A model generated the notes under the pieces. It saw nothing but the letters and a program-made list of their open reading frames with translations. It was not told the DNA's origin and did not search any database. DNA of 64,000 bases from Cladosporium halotolerans. Its lineage: Eukaryota. The position numbers were made by a program, and so were the translations under genes. Positions 47,891 to 59,475 of the stretch are shown here, piece after piece. How positions within the stretch are numbered: the first letter of the stretch is position 1; the number at the start of each line of letters is the position of its first letter. The stretch covers positions 372,001 to 436,000 of the forward strand of contig NW_027191469.1 of the NCBI RefSeq assembly GCF_011745625.1. Direction: 5' to 3'.

Positions 47891-49736
47891 GATTCTGGTG
47901 TTTTGATCGAGAGGTTTGAAAAGGGTTTGACTGCTGAGCTGGATGGAGCTTCTCTATGGACTGAACGAGGAGTCATGAGCCGAGTTGAGAGAATCGACAT
48001 GGCAAGGGAGAGGTGCTTTTTTGACGGCTTGTATTAATGGAACATTGGTCATGGGATGGGCTGGGATTGAGGATTGCCGAGTGAGCATCAAATACTGCAT
48101 GAATGCCAAGTTGCAACTTCGGTTTCTCCATGTTGGTCTGTGGTTTGCTATTGGCTTTATGGTGAGTGCCTGCACACGGGTGACAACTTGTCGTTGATAC
48201 CACCGCTTGTCCGCTCTGGTTCCGTCATTCACCTCTCGCCAGGTCTGGATTCTGTCGTCGTCTGTCGCTTTACGTATCATACCCGTTCGTTATCGTCGCA
48301 GGATGCTTTGCCTGGTAGTCAATGCTTATGTGGTATGATGACACAGCTCTTCTGATTCTTTTGTTGCTCTGCGCTGTCTAATTGCACGGACTTGTCGAAG
48401 GTCATCGCTTTTGATACGCATCGCAAGATAACTTCAAGAATCGTGTGACGCAAGTTTGCAGCAAGGGAGCCGCCCATCAACATTGTAATCGACAGAGCCG
48501 TCGCTAGACAGGCCGTTTCGATATTACCAGTCGACTGCTGTTGGCACCTTTTCGGTTTTTAAGGAAATGGCGAGGTTTTGGTATTGCTCTGATCACCTGC
48601 TGATCGTGGGATTTCGTCCTGGAACGAAATGACCGTCCAATGCCCAGATAGCGGTGCGTGACGGTCCCGCAATGGCGCAAGATTTTTTCCATTCAAAGGG
48701 CTCGTTATGCCGGTTATCATAACCAACTACTCATTGCTTAGCCTCATTTGTAAATTGATGCTTGTTGATGGCTCAGGAGCCATGCGTGACAGTTCCACAT
48801 CAGCGCATCATCACGCCGTTCACCTGTTTCGAATCCCGTGTAGCGTCACCGTCGTTCGCCCCAGCTGAGTGACTTCGACCATCTTTTACGCGACGTTCCT
48901 TCCATATCCGATATCTCTTCCCGATCCCATGAACTCAACTTTACTATTCGTATCCGCCATCTGCTCAGGCCCACAACATCTCCAGTTTCGAATCGCACTC
49001 CGCTCCGGGAGACGATCAACCATCAAATCTAACTTCGTCGACGTTGTTTGGTTTAAGGCGGCATTCAGTTTGCAACGAGTCAGTCGACGCTACCGTCGAA
49101 TCGCTTACGGAGATGATGCAGGTTCTGGAGCACAAGCTCACCAAGTGCGTCACAGAGTTCGTATTTCGTGGGCCTTGATTTCGAGCCGCTTGGGCGTCTA
49201 CGGGTGCCCGTTGCGGGCCGGCTGGGGATCGCAGCTGGTTCCGACCATGTCCGGTCGCTTTCAATGACAAGCATCTGAATATTTTCGGAACGTGGTCGGC
49301 AAGAGTGTGATCAACGAATCTGGATGAGGATACTCAAGAGAGCTGTGGTGCAGGCGACGCGACCAGGATCTGAGAGGGACAACGAGGCTGGCGCGCAGAA
49401 GCCCCCATCTGGCGGACTGGTTCAAAGCGAAGAAGCTGCCGAAATGGTAACCTAGCATTCGCACCGCTACTGATCCACGGCGTCTCCTGCTAGAAACTTT
49501 AACCTTGCCTTGTTTGTGCAAGTTCCACACACGGTACACACTGTAGCATTGAGCCATCCAAGAACCGTTGGCGGCGGATGCTTAAGATGACCTATGAATA
49601 GAAACGTGACATTACGGAACCCTTCAGAAAAGATGACATATAAAGCACCGGCTAAGCAGATCAAGTGCTCTCTACATTTCATTGAGCGCCCCCAGCAAGC
49701 AAACAACCCTTACACATCAACCACCAAACAGCAACC

Positions 49737-50282
49737 ATGTTCCGCAGCACCCTTGCCATCGCCGCCACCCTGGCCACCGCAACCAACGCCCTTTACTTCC
49801 AACTTGAACCCTTCCGCGCCACCGACATCCGCATCCCCTCCGAGAGCCACAGCGTGAGCTTCACCGTCTCCGCACCTGAGAACGTCTACGAGCAAGGCGG
49901 CAGCCAGCCCGCCAATTGCACCATCCAGTGGACCGAGGACGCTCCCACCTGCTTCCAGCCCTGCGGCGACAACACTGGCTACTACGCCCGTATCACACCG
50001 GACTCTTACGCTTTCGCTGGCGACTTTAGCATCGATATCTGGCAATCGTACGTCTACGAGATCGGCAACCACAACAACGCCACCCTCACGCTTTCTGAGG
50101 GCAACAACAACTTCAGCTGCTCGCGTGGCGGTCAGTCTACCATCTGTGAGCTCAGGAGCGATAGCCTGAAGGTCGACGAGGAGCAGCACTTTGGGTGAGT
50201 TTGGAACGAATTGCTGGACATCTGACGCCCGTACTGACTTTGATGCAGCGGTGCCGACCCGTCCGATGTCTGCTCTGCTTAA
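49737..50282 (+). CDS. small secreted Cys-rich protein (Alt a 1/AA1-like beta fold candidate), spliced
   Basis: TATAAA near 49640; signal peptide MFRSTLAIAATLATATNA. Intron 50195-50248 (GTGAGT..ACTGAC..CAG) adds GADPSDVCSA, giving 6 Cys. Confidence 0.8.
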
Positions 50283-53200
50283 ATATCCTTCCCAAAGGAA
50301 ACTTGGATTTGAATATTTAGCTGCATAACATACATGAAGTAAATACATGAAAAATACATAAAAGAACGGGAGCACACCGAGCAGCGGTCAAACCTGCTTC
50401 GGATACTTGATCCTGCAGACCCACACAACGACGATCACTACCATTCATGCTGTACCCGTCGCTGCCCTCGCAGGGCTACCTGCAAAGACATGCACTGAAT
50501 CGCCTCATGATTCTCAGGAGCAAGCCCCTGCGGCATCAGGACCGGAATCTCTGCCCTCGCTCTTAGTATCTCTTCGTGATCTACAGCCTCTCCGTCCGGT
50601 CCGAAGATGTCGCAATTTGAGACCATTACCAAGGTGGATATCGTAGTCGTGATAGCGAGGAGGAGGTCCAGTCTGTAGAGAGTCCAGAGCGAGCTGCCGC
50701 CTAGGCACCCGCCACGCCGGTTCGTCCGTCAGGAATGCGGCGTGAGTCGTCGGCGGTGGTATTGAAAGACGACGATCATCGCTCAAGCTTCTTATTGTTG
50801 GAAGTTCTGGATCGGTTTGATGATCAACTTATCCTGCAGCGCCGTTGCTCCCATTACCTCCCTTAGTATCAAGACTGCGACTCCCTAGAGATCTTGTATT
50901 CGCGATCTTTGGACGTCACTGCGTCAACTCGACGATGTCCCTCAACTGGCGGCGAAGCTGCGGTCTTGGTATATCGGTCTCCGAGGCAAGTTGTAACTCT
51001 TCGCTAGTTGTGAAGCCGATCAGAAGTCTCTTGGTGTTATTGGACCTAATTGACGCAAGGTCCAAGGCTCCTGTGATTGCAATCGTGTCGGTGATCTCTT
51101 GATGTTCTCGTGCAGTGTTGACGGTATCTACAATTGCTGGCATATGTCCGGTGTTTGCACGCTGACTGAGGGCTCCGCATCGCCCATGCGCCAATCTGCT
51201 TGTGCATCCATCTGCGACTTCTTGATGTCATTAAGCTGATGCGACGATGCTTGCTTTCGTCAGTTGACGGCGTCGACGCGAATGGTTGAACAGCCGCTGC
51301 TGTTTTTGCGCAACGGCGATGGTATCTGTGTTCGCTAGCGATTTTGGAGTATCCGATCATCTTTCGGAAGCTTCTGAGCCTCTCTGCAAAGATGTGCCGA
51401 AGCTTGCGTCTGTCGGGGCTGTCGGGTTGTTTGTGAGACTTGCCGGTGTTTGTGTAATCCGTTGACGATGATTCGATCAATCGGAGAGGTTTCCAATGTT
51501 TATACATTGTCTCAAGGACTCATGGCAATTAGACTGCTGAGCTGTCATGTATGGAGGTTCTCTGCAGCCCTGTTTCAAGTTTCAATTCAAGAAACGCGAC
51601 TCGTACATGGCGGCAATATTGTCGCCTCAATCAGGTCTCATCGAAGGATGATGTGCTTTGGAGGGCTCCGGTCGCCTCATTGGCGAAGCGACCCCTGCGC
51701 GACAATGCCCCTGTCTCCCGCACATGAACTGAGACATCATTTGAGCTTCGGACATAATGCCTCACGCGACTCGTGTTACCGTCAGATTGCCTTATGATGA
51801 GAGGCTTGATGATTCGCTTGCCATCGATCAGTATTCACTCCTGCGCGCTCTCATCGCCCTTTCGAAGTTGTCGTTGCCGCATAGCGATTTCATGATCTCT
51901 GGTTGATGGATGAGAATGCTTTCTGAACTTTTGGTGACCCTTTGACCCAGTGGATGGTACATTTTGCTTACTGAGCCACGATGGCTCGTTTGTCACACTC
52001 GAATGGCTACCCACCTCCGGCTCTGATTGTCCCGTTGCCTCCACGAGATGTCAGTGTCTCTGTAGATAGACTTGGGTATGATCTGAGCTCCGATGTCCTT
52101 GTGAAATCTACTACATCTGTTTGCAGCCATTGAGATGTCGTAGGTTGATTGAGCCTCCGCATGTCATGTGCCAATGATCGTCTGCACAGAGCTCTTGCCG
52201 CCCCACCAACGACTCCGTCTATCAACGACGACGGTGATTGCTCATGAACTGAGGTGTGGCTTGAGAGACGAAGTGTGGCAGTCACTGCTAATGAGCTGCT
52301 ACGATCATGCGGTGATCTGCTTGGCAGTGATCCTGAGATGCAGACGGCTGTCCCCTATCACGCGTAGAAGCACCTTGTGTTTCACGACATCCTGCGAACA
52401 CCTCGCGTGTCCTCCGTAATCTGTCTGCTCGATCATCACGATGATGCAACAATTCTAAAGCAACCCCAAAGCATTCCCCTTACAGCGAACTCAACCTTTT
52501 CGCATCCCACTCATGACCGCATGTAGATCTTCTCTCTGAGCCACCGCTTTAGCCTCTAAAGGCGACTCGAGAAGCTTCCCTAGTATCCTAATCGTGCTCG
52601 GGCTTCTCAGAATCCTCATTGTTCTCCGCCCCTTCGGCCTCTTTGGCCTTCAGAGCCTGCTCGGCTGTCTCAACTTTCTCCTTCGCATACTTTTTTTTGG
52701 CTCACGTAGGGAGTCGGTCTTGGCCCGCAAGGTAGTGAAGACCAAGCCATCTCTCTATCTCTCCGTCATCACTGCCTCGTCATTTGCAGAGGTATGTCGG
52801 ACATATTGAGGTGGCGTGAGATGGTTTGGCATCCCTTTGCCCTGAGCGGTCGATCATCCGCATGGGCGAATTGCTGCCCCCTTGACAATTTTATGGTTCT
52901 GCTGTAACTCATTGATCGCGAGTGAAGCACCTAGAGCACTATCAGACATCGTTACAAGCGGGCGAACGTTGGGGTGTGGCTTTGATTCGCATAGATTTGG
53001 TTCGGGAGAGGGTCACCTAGGATGGGCGATCGATGGTTTGGGTGACCTCTTTGCAAGTCACTGGGATCGGTTTCGAATTGTGCGGCGGATCCAACTGAGT
53101 ACGTAAACCTGAAAGACATCTACTGCTTTTTGAGATCCATGACCCTGTAGGATGGAATAGGTTGCTAAGCTCCGCGCTGGATTTCCAGAATTGATTGTCT

Positions 53201-53459
53201 AAGCCGGGAGCTTTTGTTCTGCAAACTTTTGGGTGGATGGTGTGAGCTGTCACATCAAGGCTCTACTGATCGCTGTAATCTCCGATCTGGTGAGCTCTAG
53301 TAGGCTTGTACCGCTCTGAAATCCCCGGGATCGTTTGTTTACTCGGAGGACCTATGTCTTGGGTCATGCAAATATGCGCATAGAAGTGCGGAAATTTCAG
53401 GCACCCATGAGCTAGCTTGAAGGGTTTCTACTTGGATACTCTTATCTGTCCAAATATCG

Positions 53460-54485
53460 TAAGCTGTTACCCTCCGCTCCAACCTGTACGACCGAACGAG
53501 GCCTATTGACGCTGAGAGCCTGGTGTCCCATGCCTTACAGACCTTTGCGCGAGGGCTATCGTATACCGCTGAACCGGAAGATCCAATGTTTTGGATTCTC
53601 TGCGTTTGTGATGTGTCTTCCACTGCTATCTTGGGCTCTAGACCTCTGCAATCGGTCATTGACGTGGGAAGTGTTTCTTGTTCCTTGTCCAAAACATTCG
53701 CTAGGGGCTGTCACGTGCCGAGAAGCCTCCACTCAGGTTCTCGGGGTCTGTGTAGTATTGTGAGCTGCTACCCTCCACTCCAGACCTGTACGATCGATTA
53801 TTAACGCGAAGAGGATCCTGCAAGCTTCAGTTTGGGGGCCGTGATATGCGAATTCTTGCTCCTGTGAAGTATTATGAGCTGCTATCCTCCGCTCTAGACC
53901 TGAACGATCGGATATTGACGTAGGGAGAGTCGCAGAAACTGTCGCTGGGGGGCAGTCACATTCGGAGAAGACTTCACTTTGGATTTCCTTTCCTTTGTGG
54001 TACTACAAGCTGCTACCATCCGCTCTAGAGTAATATGATCGATTGATCACGGGGAGAGAGCACTGCAATTCTTCACTGGGGCGCTCTCACATGTTGAGAA
54101 GCGCCAGTAGGATTTCCCGATCTTTTTAAATCTGATAAGCTGCTACCATCCGCTCTAGACTAGTATGATTGATTCCTCAAGGGGAGAGAGACCTGCAAAC
54201 TCTGGCTGCGGGCTGTCACATGCCGAGGAGGTTCCACTTGTGTTCTCCGATCTTTTGAAGTATTTTGAGCTGCTATCATCCGCTCTAGCCCAATGTGATC
54301 AATTATTCAAGCGGAGAGACACCCAAAAGCTTTCACTAGAGGCTGTCACATGCCGAGAAGATTCCACTGTGCTCTCCGACATGTAAAAGCAATATAAGCT
54401 GCTATCCTCCGCTCTAGACTAGTATGATTGATTATTTACGCGGAGAGAAGCACCTACAAACTTTCACTGGGGGCTGTCACATGTG
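53460..54485 (+). repeat. degenerate tandem array, ~130-bp unit, ~8 copies
   Basis: Core AGCTGCTA[CT]C[AC]TCCGCTCTAGAC at 53462, 53622, 53763, 53877, 54008, 54138, 54268 and 54397. The better-preserved copies continue with GGAGAG and GGCTGTCACATG. Confidence 0.92.
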
Positions 54486-54551
54486 CCGCTCGCTAGCGTT
54501 GCCACCTGAGGAATCGCCAGCGCGCTTGGCCCGTGCTCGCGACCTGCTAAA

Positions 54552-57500
54552 ATGAACCTCCCACCACTCCACCACTCCACCACTCCAACATCCGACAACC
54601 GACCATTGCGGGTGACGAAGATGGACGCCTACGGCCATCATCGTGGTGTTAAGAGACGTCGCGCTGACGGCGAGCGCACGGGCCCACTCCCCGCACGGTC
54701 AATGTCTAACCTATCCTCCTCCTCAACTTCATCCGACATCCTCGTCGCCTCCGCACATCCCTCCACACATACCCACACTCTACACACCTACTCCACACAT
54801 ACTCACCCTAGACCCACGAACGATAACACGATGCCGGTGACGGCGGTCGTTATTCAAGGTCGACTCGTCGTCAGAGGCATTCCCGGCGACATGTTGACTG
54901 GCTTGAACGACCGCGATACCCGCCCTAATAGCCAAAATATTGCGACCGGTCAATCCTCTAGGCGCGGCGAACGATTCTCCGACGATGCCGCGTATCGCAG
55001 GGCAACCTTCAACTCGTTCAACGACAACTCAGCTCTCAACGACGACGACGAGGGGCCTAACCATAAAGGCACCTACTCCAAAACTCACATTCTCAAGCAC
55101 CCGGAGACGCAATGGGTCCACCGTGGTCAAGGTAGATACCTACCAATCTCAGCACTTCTCAATCAAGAACCGAACCGTTCACGCTCAGCATTCACTCCTC
55201 GAACCAAGCTCGCCTCCACGGCTCGGTCCTCGGGTAGATCATCACTTCGCCGTCAGAGTGGCGATGTCGACATGTCCGCCGACGACGACGCGGATCATCA
55301 CTTCATCTCGCAAAAATCACTTCCATCGAAGCGCTCGTCAGACGCTTCGTATTTACTACGTCGCAGGCAGTCTGAAGTCGACCCACTAACACCTGGTGAG
55401 TTGCGTTCTGCTCGCCGCGAACGGCGATCCGGACAACTCGCCTCTTTCGGATACGACGACGACCCCGAAGCCGACTCGGAGGACGAAGATAATCGGACCT
55501 ACACTCGGTTTGATATCGAGACTATGCCTGAATTCGATTGGCGTCATGTTGGTAACGGCTACTATAAGAAACGGTTCCCTCCCGTCGCACCGGTATCTCC
55601 CTCGAGTAGCCGTCGCGGATCTAACCGCTCCTATATGAAGGACGACTCCGAGTCACAGGATGCCGTCGGACCTAAGCGCTTCCACTCCTCTGAGCTCTCG
55701 AATTACCCGAGCGATACGTTCATCCATTGCGGGAATGGCTGGTACAGGCGCGACTCAACCGGCCAGGCGCTAAACGATCAATCAGCGATTGAGAGTAGCG
55801 ATGATGAGCCGCAGACAGACCCGACAAATTCGAAATTCTCCAAGGAGGAGTTGATCGCCTATAAGAACCTACACCCTGATGCTGGGTTCATCCACAAAGG
55901 CAACGGCAGGTACGTCCTGAACGACGACTTCGACAACTCGATTCCAAGCATTCCAGCTACAGCCTCGAATGAGCACCCGGGCCAGACTTACTCCAAATCG
56001 TATGTCATGTCGCACCCCAACGAGCCATTCTATCATGCTGGCTCTGGTCGGTGGCGTCGTGGCTCTCGCCCGACCAGAACGTCGGAATCAAGGCGCAAGT
56101 CAGACAGTCATCGGCCCCTCGTCGACGATGCTAATGTCAGCCCGAATGGGCTTGTGAACAAACAATACGTTCTCCAACACCCGGAGCTCGAGTTCCATCA
56201 CCGTGGCCAGGGTCGTTACGCTTTCGGTCCGAGACCTCAGGAAACGCCTGCTGTGCCTGCACCTCCTGCTCCAATGAGGGTGGCCAGCCCAACAACCTCC
56301 GATGCTGAGCTCGTGGACACTGCATACGTTAAGGCGCACCCGAACCAAACCTTCCACCATCGCGGCCAGGGACGCTGGGCCCGCGGTCTGCCGCCGCCGG
56401 GCAGCAGCAACAAGACCGCAGTCCGTGGTCCACTGGCCACCCAAACCAAGCCTTCAACTACCCCATCACAGCCGCCCGCCGAGGACCTTCCCGGCTTGGA
56501 CGAGCTTGTCATCAGATCGGAAGGCCCCGACAAATTCCCAGCGCTTGACTGGGTATACCGCGGCGGTGGCAAATGGGCTCGTACACCTAAGAAGAAGGAG
56601 CCTGCCGTTGCCAAGCCGTCCCGCGCGCGTACTTCCAGAGGCAGGAACACGGCAAGGCACTCCGACTTGCGAGATGACTGGGGCGCTGATGAAGAGCAAG
56701 ATTTCGAATACTCAGATGATGACTATCAGGCCATCAACGGCGATGGTTTCCAGGAAGCTCCTCAAGACAGCCATCGCTCAAGCATGAACCCCATGGAGGC
56801 TGCTGCCCGTGTCGGCTTGATACAAGGTTCCGGACGCTCAGCCTTCACGCTTGATGATGACGATGCTCAGAGACCGAACTTCAAGAGGTCGAGGAATGAG
56901 TCGCCGAGACCGGAGAGGGTCACTTTGGAGGTAGACAGGCTCAGTGATGAAGAGAATTACCCTGCTCTTTACGCCAGTGCCTGGCCCGCGCCCAGCAGAG
57001 ACGAGCCTGTCGACAAGGCGGCTCGCCTCATGCGTTCTCTCTACAAGCCTCTCAACAGCTCCGAGAAATTCATCAATGCGTTGACGAGACGCGATCCGGC
57101 AACGCGCCCTAAAGAGGTCCTCCAGGCCACGACCGACCATATGTCGAGGCTGCTGCGAGAGCTTCAGGATGAGTATCTGGAACTGGACAAGATCACCGCA
57201 CCACACGCACGCATTGCCCGCAAGCCGGCCAGAGGCGGCAGGGTGCCCGTTGACGATGCCGTCTACGAGGACAAGAAGGAAGCGGACCTCTACGACTACA
57301 CTTTCGACAGCCGCAAGATCGGCTTCCAGAATCCAGAGTTGCAGAAGATCGTTCGCGATGCTGAGGGCCGCGAGCTCAGGAAGCGTCGTCGTGCTCGCGA
57401 AGCAATCGAAACCGAGGCCGCTGCAACTCCAGGCGGTGAAGAAAATGCTGCGTTGGCGCCGAGACGTGCCGTGAAGCCAGTCAGCCGCTTCGATGCGATC

Positions 57501-58007
57501 GCTACCACCTCTACGCGCAAGAAGCGTACTACGACCGGAGCCGAGAAGGCCGCGAGCGAGACGCCCGATCCCACCACTGCTGCCTCTGGCTCGCAGTCGC
57601 AGGTCCTGCCTGGTGGTTACGTCGTGCGCAAGGTCGGGCGCTGGAAGAACCACATCCCCAAGCGTATCCGCGAGCTGCGCGGAGACAGCGTGAACGCCAC
57701 CCAGCCCAACGGCGCAGCATCCGCTACCGTTGACGAGGGCGCCGCCAGATCGGACACACCTGGCGCCGTTTCGGACTCGCCGACTCTCGAGGGCTCGCCT
57801 GGTCCAGTCCGCAAAGGCCGCCCGAAAGGTAGCAAGAACCTGCACAAGCGGCGCGATGCCGGCATTCCCAAAGGACCTCGCAAGCCGAAGGTTGTTGCCT
57901 CGATTGAGAGCACGGCTGCTCCACCGGCGCCTTCAGCTCCGTTCTACAGGGACCCGATTCTCGCTCAGGCCAACCCATTTGGCGGGTTCGGAGGCCGATT
58001 CGGCTGA
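54552..58007 (+). CDS. hypothetical nuclear protein with 8 HxGxG[RWY] repeat modules and a C-terminal AT-hook-like motif
   Basis: 1151-aa intact ORF with repeated ~26-aa modules, basic NLS-like tracts (ELRKRRR) and RKGRPKGSK. Confidence 0.85.
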   Translation: MNLPPLHHSTTPTSDNRPLRVTKMDAYGHHRGVKRRRADGERTGPLPARSMSNLSSSSTSSDILVASAHPSTHTHTLHTYSTHTHPRPTNDNTMPVTAVVIQGRLVVRGIPGDMLTGLNDRDTRPNSQNIATGQSSRRGERFSDDAAYRRATFNSFNDNSALNDDDEGPNHKGTYSKTHILKHPETQWVHRGQGRYLPISALLNQEPNRSRSAFTPRTKLASTARSSGRSSLRRQSGDVDMSADDDADHHFISQKSLPSKRSSDASYLLRRRQSEVDPLTPGELRSARRERRSGQLASFGYDDDPEADSEDEDNRTYTRFDIETMPEFDWRHVGNGYYKKRFPPVAPVSPSSSRRGSNRSYMKDDSESQDAVGPKRFHSSELSNYPSDTFIHCGNGWYRRDSTGQALNDQSAIESSDDEPQTDPTNSKFSKEELIAYKNLHPDAGFIHKGNGRYVLNDDFDNSIPSIPATASNEHPGQTYSKSYVMSHPNEPFYHAGSGRWRRGSRPTRTSESRRKSDSHRPLVDDANVSPNGLVNKQYVLQHPELEFHHRGQGRYAFGPRPQETPAVPAPPAPMRVASPTTSDAELVDTAYVKAHPNQTFHHRGQGRWARGLPPPGSSNKTAVRGPLATQTKPSTTPSQPPAEDLPGLDELVIRSEGPDKFPALDWVYRGGGKWARTPKKKEPAVAKPSRARTSRGRNTARHSDLRDDWGADEEQDFEYSDDDYQAINGDGFQEAPQDSHRSSMNPMEAAARVGLIQGSGRSAFTLDDDDAQRPNFKRSRNESPRPERVTLEVDRLSDEENYPALYASAWPAPSRDEPVDKAARLMRSLYKPLNSSEKFINALTRRDPATRPKEVLQATTDHMSRLLRELQDEYLELDKITAPHARIARKPARGGRVPVDDAVYEDKKEADLYDYTFDSRKIGFQNPELQKIVRDAEGRELRKRRRAREAIETEAAATPGGEENAALAPRRAVKPVSRFDAIATTSTRKKRTTTGAEKAASETPDPTTAASGSQSQVLPGGYVVRKVGRWKNHIPKRIRELRGDSVNATQPNGAASATVDEGAARSDTPGAVSDSPTLEGSPGPVRKGRPKGSKNLHKRRDAGIPKGPRKPKVVASIESTAAPPAPSAPFYRDPILAQANPFGGFGGRFG

Positions 58008-58349
58008 TTTGAGCTCCGTGTTGCTGTCCACTGGGAGGAAACTGACGATTCCTCATTCCTTTTGACTTCAGATTTTGAATAAACATTGGCCTTTGGGGGG
58101 CATCAAATGGCTCGATGGACAGCGGAAAGCACAGACGGGGTTGTTCTGGCTATGCTTGTTATGCGGAGTTTGGCTTTTTCTCATTCCTTGATTGTATTAC
58201 TGAGCACGAAATAGGTGCATTTTTGATGACTTTCAGGATGATAGCACTGAAATTGGCTAGAAATGAGTACTTGGAGTGTAGCTAGCCAGAGAAATGACAA
58301 TCCCGTCTCACTGCCCATTTCCCTGTATCTCCGGATTGATAATTTCACA

Positions 58350-59475
58350 TGTGCTGCTACCATCAGCTCCAGGCTACTGAAATGCAATTTTGACGCGGAG
58401 AGAGCACGAGATCCTGGCCATATTTCTCTAAGTCACCTCGTCTCACGAACACCTTAAGCTGCTACCGTCGGCTTTAGCCTACTGAAATGCAATTGTTACA
58501 CGGGGAGGGCACAAAATTGAGGCCGCTTTTTGCTGAGTCTGTCATCTCACGAACGCTTATGAGCTGCTACCATCAAGCTCAGCCTATTGAGGTGCAATTT
58601 TTGCTCGGAGAGAGTACGAAAACGCGGCCGATTATCGCAAAGTACCTCATCTCCGGAACGCCCTTAAGCTGCTTCCATCGGCTTCAGCCTACTAATTACA
58701 TGTGATTTTTGCTCGGAGAGAGCTCGAGATCCCGGCTATCATTCGCTAAGTCTTTCATCTCGCCAACGCTTACGAGCTGCTACCATCGGCTTCAGACTAC
58801 CAAGACGGTATGTTTTTGGTGGAGAGGCCTTTAGAAATCCTAGCTTTTCCCTCGAAGTCACTCATCCCCGGAGCACATATGAGCCGCTACCATCGCCTCT
58901 GGACTATTGACACGTAATTTTTCGGCGGAAGAGACCATTTAGAACCTTAGCTTTTTTTTCCCCAATTTGCCCGGTACCTCATCTCACGGGTGCCTCTGAG
59001 CTGCTACGATCGCCCCTAGACTCCTGAGAACGCATTTTGAAGGGAGAGATCTCTGGATTCTCAGTAGTCTTTCCTCTCTAAGTACTTTGTCTCCCGAACG
59101 TGTATGAGCTACTATCATCGCCTCTGGACTACAGGGAAGCCACTATTCCGCAGAGATGTTATCACATGCAAGCCGACTAAATCATTCATCTCACGAACGA
59201 TTGTACGCTGCTACAATCACCCATATAATATTTATGGATAATCTTTTGGACGGAGAGACTACTCAACATTACGTGAGTCTATCTCCAAGTGATTTATCTC
59301 CCAAACGGATAAACACTACTACCATCACCTATGAACTATTGAATAGTATCTTCTATCAGGGGAAACCTATTTAATACATGGCTAAGTTTGTCTAAATAGT
59401 TAATCTCACGATCGTACATAAGCTACTAAAATCACCTGTAGCCTATCCAGAAACGCGTTTCCATAGAGAGAACGT
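58350..59475 (+). repeat. degenerate tandem array, ~106-bp unit, ~11 copies
   Basis: Core (A)GCTGCTACCATC at 58352, 58457, 58562, 58667, 58775, 58882, 58999, 59107, 59206, 59314 and 59421. Most copies continue with GGAGAG and ATCTC[AC]CGAAC-like motifs. Confidence 0.92.

Noticed and set aside
53460..59475. Arrays as a CRISPR locus
   Set aside because: Fungal context, no cas genes, degenerate repeats, and the inter-core sequences are homologous to one another rather than unique spacers.
53460..59475. Arrays as tRNA/5S rRNA clusters or transposon terminal inverted repeats
   Set aside because: No tRNA A/B boxes or 5S similarity recognised. The arrays are co-oriented rather than inverted, and the enclosed protein shows no transposase motif.
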